Part shown: piece after piece, positions 56,944-63,930 of the stretch | Position numbering within the stretch: position 1 is the first letter of the stretch | How the letters are laid out: every line of letters begins with the position of its first letter | Virus record (IMG/VR): IMGVR_UViG_3300020152_000019 | Direction: 5' to 3' (one strand) | DNA from: a virus | Length of the DNA: 64,000 bases | Program-made: the position numbers and the translations under genes | The notes under the pieces: model-generated | What the model was told of the DNA's origin: nothing | Database searches by the model: none | Seen by the model: the letters and a program-made list of their open reading frames with translations, nothing else

Positions 56944-58485
56944 ATGTTTAAAAATGTGAAAATTAAAACACGATTAATATTTGTATTGATGTTTCTATCT
57001 TTACAATTAATCGTAGGTGCGGTAATTGGACTTGCTGGAATTTATGCCGGTAACGAAGAGATGAAGTCTTTGTATGAAGATCGTCTTGTAGCGCTTGCTG
57101 ATTTAGACCAGTTGATTCGTCTTCTTAACATGAATCAACTTGATCTTGCAAAATCAGTGACTGATACTAATCCTGATGAAATAAAATCTATTCTTGCTTC
57201 AATTGAATCACGACGAGACATTTTCGAGAAAACGTGGAATGCTTACATGGCTACCACTTTAACTGCAGACGAAAAGCTCTTCGCAGACCAGTTGACTATC
57301 GAACGTCAAGTTTTCGTCAATGAAGGATTAAATCCTACCATTGAAGCAGTTCGTAAAGGTGACACTGCTGCTGCGATCGAACTCATCCACGGTAAAATGG
57401 AAAAGACCTTCGTACCGGTGCGTGAGTCTATCAATAAACTAATTAAATTGCAAACCGATGTCGCTCTTGAAAGTTATAACGCATCGCAAAGACAATACGT
57501 TTTAATTCGTAATTTTTGTATTTTCGGTGTAGCCGTTGGTTTGTTAATGGCTTTTGGTTCTTGTGTATGGTTAATTAAATCCATTACCACGCCGATAAAT
57601 AAAGCTATTGATATTGCTAAAGGCGTTGCGAATGGTGATCTCACACAACAAATCACTGTTGACTCCACCAATGAAATGGGTGAGTTAATGAAAGCTCTAT
57701 CTGATATGAATAACGGTTTGCAACAAATCGTACTTCAAGTCAGAGGAGGCACCCAGCTTATCAATACCGCGTCTAATGAAATTGCCAGTGGTAACGCAGA
57801 TCTTTCTTCTCGCACTGAACAACAAGCAGCTTCATTAGAAGAGACAGCATCGTCGCTTGAAGAACTTACTTCTACCGTTCATCAAAACGCAGATAACGCT
57901 AAACAAGCGAGTTCTATGTCATTAACAGCCGCAACAGTTGTTAGTGAAGGTGGACAAGCAGTTGAGCGGTTAATTAATACAATGTCTGATATTAGAACGA
58001 GTTCTAACAAGATTACTGAAATCATTGGTGTGATTGATGGTATCGCTTTTCAAACCAATATCTTAGCTTTAAACGCAGCAGTTGAAGCTGCTCGCGCCGG
58101 AGAACAAGGTAGAGGTTTTGCGGTAGTTGCAACAGAAGTCAGAAGTTTAGCGCAACGTTCAGCCGCAGCAGCAAAAGAAATTAAAGAACTCATTAATCGT
58201 TCTGTAATGAATGTGGCTACCGGAAGTGATCAAGTTGAACATGTAGGTACAAAGATTAAAGACGCAGTAGCAAGCATTCAACGAGTCAATGATATCATGA
58301 CTGAAATTGCAGCAGCTAGTGCAGAGCAATCGACTGGCATTGATCAAATCAATACTGCTGTTTCACAAATGGATCAGGTAACTCAACAAAACGCAGCTTT
58401 AGTTGAACAAGCAGCAGCAGCGGCGGAAAGTATGAAAGAACAAGCTAATCAGTTAGCTCAAATCGTAAGTACTTTCAAAGTTTGA
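56944..58485 (+). CDS. methyl-accepting chemotaxis protein (full length)
   Basis: TM1, four-helix sensor, TM2, HAMP, signalling hairpin IAFQTNILALNAAVEAARAGEQGRGFAVVATEVRSLA, methylation helices. Confidence 0.97.
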   Translation: MFKNVKIKTRLIFVLMFLSLQLIVGAVIGLAGIYAGNEEMKSLYEDRLVALADLDQLIRLLNMNQLDLAKSVTDTNPDEIKSILASIESRRDIFEKTWNAYMATTLTADEKLFADQLTIERQVFVNEGLNPTIEAVRKGDTAAAIELIHGKMEKTFVPVRESINKLIKLQTDVALESYNASQRQYVLIRNFCIFGVAVGLLMAFGSCVWLIKSITTPINKAIDIAKGVANGDLTQQITVDSTNEMGELMKALSDMNNGLQQIVLQVRGGTQLINTASNEIASGNADLSSRTEQQAASLEETASSLEELTSTVHQNADNAKQASSMSLTAATVVSEGGQAVERLINTMSDIRTSSNKITEIIGVIDGIAFQTNILALNAAVEAARAGEQGRGFAVVATEVRSLAQRSAAAAKEIKELINRSVMNVATGSDQVEHVGTKIKDAVASIQRVNDIMTEIAAASAEQSTGIDQINTAVSQMDQVTQQNAALVEQAAAAAESMKEQANQLAQIVSTFKV

Positions 58486-58500
58486 TAAATCTATATTCTA

Positions 58501-58531
58501 AGAAGAGGTGTCTGATGATACCTCTTTTTTT
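58501..58531 (+). terminator. intrinsic terminator
   Basis: AAGAGGTGTC/GATACCTCTT plus T tract. Confidence 0.75.
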
Positions 58532-58586
58532 ATTATTTATTTTTTACAAACTGACATAACCCTATGAGAAAGAAAAAGGATATATC

Positions 58587-58967
58587 ATGTCTACTACTGA
58601 TGTCGAAGTTATTAATGAAAAAGTGATTTTATATAAAGGTGTGAGGTTTGTAGCAGATCCTGATATCGCTAATAGAATTAGTATCTTTCTGGTAAGAGAT
58701 AACCATTCCACTATTAAAGTGTACGGTACTACCCCAGAAGCTATTTTGACTGAAGTAAATCGAATTCTTAAAATCTTCTCCGATGCAGATAGTGGCGTTA
58801 TCTTTTTAATGCATGATCGAAAAGAAATTAAGAGATATAGCTTTACTATAGATGAAGAACAAGCTAAGAAACAAAATAGCTGTTATAGAGATAAGTATCT
58901 TGGTGATATACTTAAATTAGAAGACGTTAAAGTTCTTCTGCCGAAAAATATTGATCCTAAAAATTAA
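58587..58967 (+). CDS. hypothetical protein
   Basis: 126 aa with RBS. Confidence 0.75.
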   Translation: MSTTDVEVINEKVILYKGVRFVADPDIANRISIFLVRDNHSTIKVYGTTPEAILTEVNRILKIFSDADSGVIFLMHDRKEIKRYSFTIDEEQAKKQNSCYRDKYLGDILKLEDVKVLLPKNIDPKN

Positions 58968-59022
58968 AAACACAATAAGACGACTCAGATGGTTTTTCCA
59001 TCTGAGTTCGGATCTTTTTCAA

Positions 59023-59033
59023 TTACACATATA
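59023..59033 (+). promoter_or_regulatory. TTACACATATA promoter-like motif
   Basis: one-mismatch motif copy. Confidence 0.55.
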
Positions 59034-59063
59034 ATAACTGATCTTTCCGGTTAAGGAGTTTAA

Positions 59064-59570
59064 ATGTTTGGTTTTACAGGTGCAGGACCTTTCGTTATCA
59101 TTCTAAATAAGAAAGATAACATTAAGTTTATTTCTATCCCTTTCTTGTTTACATATAGTAACACAGAGAAAGATGTTAGCGATTATATAGGAGATGAAAG
59201 TTCTATCATTATTCATCTTGGTTTTTTAAGTGGCTTACTGCGATTCAAAAAGAAGAGCTACAACTATGATATTCCTGAAACGTTGTTCGGGAGAGTAGAA
59301 CACGAACTGGTTGAAACAGGTAAGACTACAGTTGTTACTACCAATCTTGGTGAATTCGTCGTAGTAGAAGGTCAAGCGATATTTAAAAGGTCTAGAAGGA
59401 AAAAGGTTCTTGAAAGAACTTCTGTCTATATCTTTAAGAAAGCTCCGATCAATATAAGGAAAAACTTAAATTACGTTCAAGCTTTAAGTCCTGAACATGC
59501 GGTAGTACGAATTCAAGAAGTGGTGAATATCGTAAATCAATTACAGAAAGATTTCGATTTAAAGGAATAG
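59064..59570 (+). CDS. hypothetical protein
   Basis: 168 aa, AAGGAG RBS. Confidence 0.75.
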   Translation: MFGFTGAGPFVIILNKKDNIKFISIPFLFTYSNTEKDVSDYIGDESSIIIHLGFLSGLLRFKKKSYNYDIPETLFGRVEHELVETGKTTVVTTNLGEFVVVEGQAIFKRSRRKKVLERTSVYIFKKAPINIRKNLNYVQALSPEHAVVRIQEVVNIVNQLQKDFDLKE

Positions 59571-59592
59571 TTTATATTTAAAGGAGAGCAAC

Positions 59593-59967
59593 ATGAGATC
59601 AATGAAACTTCTTAAAGAAGCAGCTCATCTTCTTGAAACACCTGGTGATTTTACTGACGGAGAAAAGAGTAGCACTATCGCAGAGATAGGATCGTTCTTA
59701 TCTGAGCAACAAAAGAAAGCTGAAAGTAATACAGAAGACGGTATTCGGGTAAGCACCGACGGCGAGAACTGGGAGTATACTGACAACGTTCAAATTGTAA
59801 GTCACCTCACTCGTGCTGGACAAAAAGAAGTTCGAGAGTTTACTATGAAGACCAGAGACGGTGAATTAGACATCGATTTCAAAACAACGATTAACAGTGA
59901 GTCCTTAAATAACAAAGTCTCCTTTGATATCGAATCTTTAAACAACTTCACGATCAAGCATTTCTAA
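59593..59967 (+). CDS. hypothetical protein
   Basis: 124 aa, AAGGAG RBS. Confidence 0.75.
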   Translation: MRSMKLLKEAAHLLETPGDFTDGEKSSTIAEIGSFLSEQQKKAESNTEDGIRVSTDGENWEYTDNVQIVSHLTRAGQKEVREFTMKTRDGELDIDFKTTINSESLNNKVSFDIESLNNFTIKHF

Positions 59968-59979
59968 TAGGAGAAACAC

Positions 59980-60132
59980 ATGGCACACAATGCAGGTAAA
60001 GGTAGTGGTCGTCGTCCGAATCAAGTTCCTGATGAAGTAGTTGCTAACAACTGGGAACAAATCTTCGGTAAGAAGAAGCCGAAGCACGAGCAACCGCAAG
60101 AACAACAATCGTCCGACGTTAAGAAAGACTAA
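59980..60132 (+). CDS. small phage protein (GKGS.RRP...NW..IFGK type)
   Basis: 50-aa ORF below the ORF-track cutoff, AGGAG RBS. Confidence 0.75.
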   Translation: MAHNAGKGSGRRPNQVPDEVVANNWEQIFGKKKPKHEQPQEQQSSDVKKD

Positions 60133-60134
60133 AA

Positions 60135-60458
60135 ATGATTTATACGTTCGCTAATCGCACTGTAGGGCTTGTTGGGCAATTTGAGACGCCAATAGAACTT
60201 ATGCAATTGGCGATCTTTTATCTGGGCGGTAGATGTTTTGTTGTCTATAATAAAATAATCATTCCTGATGTGATTGTTATCGGGAAGCACACATCCAGTA
60301 AAGCCATCGAAGCTATCGAAAAACATTTCATGAATGGACAAATGTCAAGCATTCCTGTTTATGAAGCTAAGATTAACGACCACATGCCAGACGATAAAAT
60401 GTTTAGTGATATCCTCGATCGTGTAAAAGAAGAACTTCCTTGGTGTATTGGTTATTGA
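60135..60458 (+). CDS. possible stand-alone BRCT-like domain
   Basis: VGLVGQF...YLGG...DVIVIG...KAIEA...IPVY pattern. Confidence 0.45.
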   Translation: MIYTFANRTVGLVGQFETPIELMQLAIFYLGGRCFVVYNKIIIPDVIVIGKHTSSKAIEAIEKHFMNGQMSSIPVYEAKINDHMPDDKMFSDILDRVKEELPWCIGY

Positions 60459-60519
60459 AAAAATACTAGAAATCCATATATAGTGAACAGAACGCAACCT
60501 GCATTTGAAGTAAACACAA

Positions 60520-60530
60520 TTGCATATATA
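60520..60530 (+). promoter_or_regulatory. TTGCATATATA promoter-like motif
   Basis: one-mismatch copy with TTGAA and GTGA, heads the RNA island. Confidence 0.6.
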
Positions 60531-60572
60531 TTAAGTGATATAAGCATATGTGTAATTCCTATAGGAGATTAA

Positions 60573-60743
60573 ATGTCGACTGAAGAATTGAATGCTGAAA
60601 ATGCAAAGATTGCAGCAGACGCTAAGGAAGCACACAAAATCCTTTCTGAGCTTTGCTACAATCATGACGAGAATGCAACGCTTACTGATTTAGCAAATCG
60701 TGTGCGTAACATTGTAGTCGCTTCAACAGGTTGCGATCACTAG
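60573..60743 (+). CDS. hypothetical 56-aa protein
   Basis: AGGAG RBS; MSTEELNAEN...GCDH. Confidence 0.65.
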   Translation: MSTEELNAENAKIAADAKEAHKILSELCYNHDENATLTDLANRVRNIVVASTGCDH

Positions 60744-60752
60744 CAAGAATTT

Positions 60753-61343
60753 GCCCGAGTGGTGAAATTGGTAGACACAGCGGACTTATTGAAAAATTGA
60801 GCACCTACGAAAAATGCGGAAGTAAAACTTCAAACTAACCTTCCCGATCAAAAGGGAAAACTTGTAAGAAGGAATTTCGCAACCGAAAGGCGTATAAACA
60901 TTCTTCGGAATGGGTGAATCTCTTCAAATTCGGCGAACACTAAAAAAGCGATGAAGTCAGAGACTTCGCATAGTCGCATTAGCTCGGTGATACCGTCGAG
61001 CTAATTGATGTCAACGCCGAGCCAAGCCTGATAAGATCCTTTAAAGTATGGGTAAACTTCAGGAAGGTGTAGAGACTGTAAGGAGAGGATCTAAGTAGAG
61101 AGGGAGCAGGAATAGGTACCTGTTCACGGCAAGCAATTGCGTGTAATCAAATCGCCTTATCAAAACCCGATCTATACGATCAAGACACAGTCCAGACCAC
61201 GAACAGCGTATTCCATAAGTAGCTTCGGTCTTAACCTAAGCGAAATAGATGGTTGATCTCTGGCGTCGAAAGACGAAGTGGTAAGAAAATCCGCCGCTTA
61301 CCCGAGAGGGGGCGTACCGGTTCGATTCCGGTTTCGGGCACCA
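60753..61343 (+). tRNA. trnL: tRNA-Leu(TAA) split by a group I intron (exons 60753-60787 and 61286-61343)
   Basis: GCCCGAG/TTCGGGC acceptor stem; the splice rebuilds GCGGA-CTTAAAA-TCCGC; long variable arm; CCA. Confidence 0.92.
60788..61285 (+). mobile_element. group I intron (IC3-like, trnL(UAA) type), no ORF
   Basis: P/Q/R/S elements (CAAATTCGGCG, CGCCGAGCCAA, GAAGGTGTAGAGACTG, AAGACACAGTCC), P3 CTCTTC/GGAGAG, P9.0 ACCAC/GTGGT, terminal G after the U34 exon. Confidence 0.9.
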
Positions 61344-61345
61344 GA

Positions 61346-61990
61346 AAAGGTTCGGTAGTGAACCTCCCCTCTAAGCTTCGGCTTAGAGACAAGCCTCCTT
61401 TGGCAACTACCAAAAAGGCTAGGCAGGTAGCCTCCTCTCTGAATTTAGGTTTAGAGCCAAGTCCACTTGGACACCTGCCAGATTCACGTCGTGAGACGTT
61501 TATACTTAGACACCACCGTTGAAAGACGGTAAAGATCCAAAGCTTGCGTGCAGGGGCGGCCTGCTTCAAGAGCCATTTGAAATGCCGTAAAACCACCTGT
61601 AACTGGACTAAGTCCTAAGAGGGTGTAACTAATCCGGTAAGGCAACGGTAGTACTTGAATTAAGAATTAAAACGTGGATCGGTGAATCTTCTCAAAGTCG
61701 GTATGACTAAAAAAGCGATGAGGCTAGAGGTCTCTTAAGTTGCATTAGCTCGGTGTTATCGTCGAGCTAATTGATGTCAAAATCGAGCCAAGCTTAATGA
61801 TTCTATTAGATAACTTTCCTACCGGTGTGTTATTTGATAGTTTCTATTATGAAGGTGTAAGACTAATGGGAAGTACTGTTACTACTAAACTGACAGGAAG
61901 GGGAAGTTGGTAACAGTAAAAGGTCTAACCCATGAGCATAAATGAATCCTCCTGAGAAAAGTGTTCTGTTTATGTTTGTGGTTCTATTCT
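61346..61990 (+). ncRNA. free-standing group-I-derived structured RNA with a multi-hairpin 5' domain
   Basis: 61681-61930 is paralogous to the intron core with compensatory P3/P4 changes; 5' region rich in UUCG/GNRA hairpins; no exons found. Confidence 0.65.
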
Positions 61991-62006
61991 AAGAGAATAA
62001 GGAAAT

Positions 62007-62045
62007 ACCCTCAGGGAGCAATCCCTGAGGTTTCTAAATTTTTCC
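62007..62045 (+). terminator. intrinsic terminator-like hairpin
   Basis: CCTCAGGGA-GCAA-TCCCTGAGG followed by a T-rich tract. Confidence 0.65.
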
Positions 62046-62182
62046 TTGAGTGCGGTTGAACTGTATTTACGATTGTTCTTAGCTTTGCATTCGTGAGAGT
62101 GTAAGGATATTGTAAATGCGGTTGTTATTACCTCCGCATTCGAGAAGAATCAAGAGAGTAACATCTCTTGTATTATTGTCGT

Positions 62183-62515
62183 ATGGAGAGGGTAAAACTT
62201 CTCTGAGACTTTCAAGGTGAAAGGCTTCTGGACGCGGGTTCGATTCCCGCCTCGTCCAATAAGTACATTCTAACGAGTGTGGTTATTGGGCGAGTACTGG
62301 TTTCGACAGGGGTTAAGTAGGTGAGAAGGAACGACACGTCCATGAGCGCGGACGTTAATCTGGGTTCAATAAAGTAAATGCTGCTAATGATAGCCATTTC
62401 CGCGCTGCTGCCTAAAAACAGCTAACGGATGAGGTCACTAATCTAGTTCGCTAGGTTAGGTCGTCTACTCTCCCGATAATGACGGAGTCCTTATACCCCA
62501 AACAGGTAGACGACA
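62183..62515 (+). ncRNA. ssrA: circularly permuted two-piece tmRNA (acceptor piece ends 62258; coding piece starts 62288)
   Basis: T-arm GCGGG-TTCGATT-CCCGC plus CTCGTCC-A precedes GGGCGAG-TACTGGTTTCGAC; G3-U70 pair; tag ORF 62380-62415 (AANDSHFRAAA*); outer ends approximate. Confidence 0.9.
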
Positions 62516-62521
62516 CACGAC

Positions 62522-62598
62522 GTGCCCATAGCTCAGTAGGATAGAGCAACAGCCTTCTAAGCTGTGGGTCGGGGGTTCGAATCCCTCTGGGCGCGCCA
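62522..62598 (+). tRNA. trnR: tRNA-Arg(TCT)
   Basis: GTGCCCA/TGGGCGC acceptor stem, ACAGC-CTTCTAA-GCTGT anticodon arm, CCA. Confidence 0.95.
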
Positions 62599-62606
62599 TT
62601 GTTTCT

Positions 62607-62662
62607 GTAGTAAACTGAACTCAATCGAGTCAGAATTTTATAACTGTTATCTCGTTAAGGAG
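62607..62662 (+). repeat. leader repeat copy 1
   Basis: GTAGTAAACTGAACTCAATCGAGTCAG...AACTG...CTCGTTAAGG. Confidence 0.8.
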
Positions 62663-62668
62663 ATTAAT

Positions 62669-62872
62669 ATGAATGCTACCGCTCAACAAGCTGCGGAACA
62701 ATGTATTAGGAAGCATCATTTAGTATTAGATGAAAAACATAAACAGCTATTAATCGGACTTTTCGAGCAAGTCGAAGTTACGAAAAAAGGTATTTATTTA
62801 CACGAGCTTGGGAATAAGATAAGTAATTTTATCAAAACCCAAAAACGTAAACAACGCATGAAATTGAATTAA
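62669..62872 (+). CDS. hypothetical protein
   Basis: AAGGAG RBS before MNATAQQ. Confidence 0.7.
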   Translation: MNATAQQAAEQCIRKHHLVLDEKHKQLLIGLFEQVEVTKKGIYLHELGNKISNFIKTQKRKQRMKLN

Positions 62873-62874
62873 GA

Positions 62875-62930
62875 GTAGTAAACTGAACTCAATAGAGTCA
62901 GTCTTTTTTAAACTGTGTTCTCGTTAAGGG
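62875..62930 (+). repeat. leader repeat copy 2
   Basis: GTAGTAAACTGAACTCAATAGAGTCAG...AACTG...CTCGTTAAGG. Confidence 0.8.
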
Positions 62931-62939
62931 GAAATTAAA

Positions 62940-63305
62940 GTGTCAAATCTTCATATTGTAAAAACTGAATCTACTAAGCTTCAGTCTCGTATTTATAATG
63001 TAATCAAAGTTCTAGCTGGTTTAAATAAAACCACAATTATCAGGAAAGAAATTGTTGATTACTCTCGCTTCACTATCGAACATCCTCAGGCTTATGTTCC
63101 TGATTTTGACTTCGAGTGGTGCGACTCTAAAAAGCATTATCGAGTGTATATCCATCAAGCATTTACTAACGAAGCTAAACGCCGTCGTGGTTACTGCATT
63201 GCTGTGATTAACGGACCACTCGCTGCTACCGAATTCGTGCAGATGTATAAGTTCTTACATAAGCACCGCGCCAATAACAAAGATTCTATGCAAGAAGCAG
63301 CGTAA
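62940..63305 (+). CDS. hypothetical protein
   Basis: 121 aa, GTG start after AAGGGG. Confidence 0.75.
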   Translation: MSNLHIVKTESTKLQSRIYNVIKVLAGLNKTTIIRKEIVDYSRFTIEHPQAYVPDFDFEWCDSKKHYRVYIHQAFTNEAKRRRGYCIAVINGPLAATEFVQMYKFLHKHRANNKDSMQEAA

Positions 63306-63307
63306 AG

Positions 63308-63810
63308 AATACCCTCTGCAATACACAGAGTATGGATGACAAACTCATATTACCGGGGTAAGCGCAAGCAGCCGTCGGATAATGGTGATAAGGTCTACCC
63401 AATGTAGGAGCCGTGATAGTTAGACATTGATCTATACAGATTCGTGTCTACCAAGCGTCTAGGACATCGCCTTCGCACGACAAAGCGAACAAGCCTTGTT
63501 AAACGGTCTAGATAGATTCTTTACTGACTCAACCAGTTTATGAATGACGCTTTTGCTGCTGTTGAACTTATCGTGCTGAAACTGATCATTTCAGCGGTGG
63601 AGAAAACCTTTTATTCGGTAGACCTTGTTCGAGGAGTATAAGGTGGACATAGAAGCTAGATAAGAGCCGGGACCGCACTGACTGGCGGAGTGTCAAGTCG
63701 TCTGATACCAATTTGATTACGGGGTAGCTATATCCCTGACGGCTTAATAGAAGTGGAAGGAAACTTTTGCCTGAAGGCAGTTGGGAGTGGTATCCTAATT
63801 GTCTTTGGAG
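63308..63810 (+). ncRNA. unidentified large structured RNA
   Basis: GC-richer gene-free region with nested long-range helices (63370/63744, 63390/63626, 63453/63552); ends approximate. Confidence 0.6.
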
Positions 63811-63832
63811 AAAAGTTTTTAATAATAAAGAA

Positions 63833-63871
63833 ACTAGAGAAAGGAGTAACATCCTTTCTCTAGGGTATTCT
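63833..63871 (+). terminator. intrinsic terminator
   Basis: CTAGAGAAAGGA/TCCTTTCTCTAG then a T tract. Confidence 0.75.
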
Positions 63872-63930
63872 TTTTTTGCTGTACCTGAGTCACGGCGGGT
63901 CTCCGTGGCATTTTTAATAGGAGTTTCTAA

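Noticed and set aside
56944-58485. MCP as host contamination
   Set aside because: Phage-like A/T-rich codons, co-orientation with flanking phage genes and a phage-style terminator; read-level confirmation is still advisable
61231-61596. ORFs 61231..61596(-), 61253..61522(+), 62212..62397(-) and 63586..63996(-)
   Set aside because: They overlap the tRNA, tmRNA or structured RNAs, lack an RBS and arise from locally higher GC
62010-62020. TCAGGGAG as the missing 3' half of the truncated tRNA-Asn (split tRNA)
   Set aside because: It complements TCCCTGA but has no T-arm or CCA and is part of a terminator hairpin
62564-62668. Upstream extension of the 62669 ORF
   Set aside because: It starts inside tRNA-Arg
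63308-63810. RNase P RNA assignment for the large RNA
   Set aside because: The GAGGAAAGUCC and terminal P4 consensus motifs were not found
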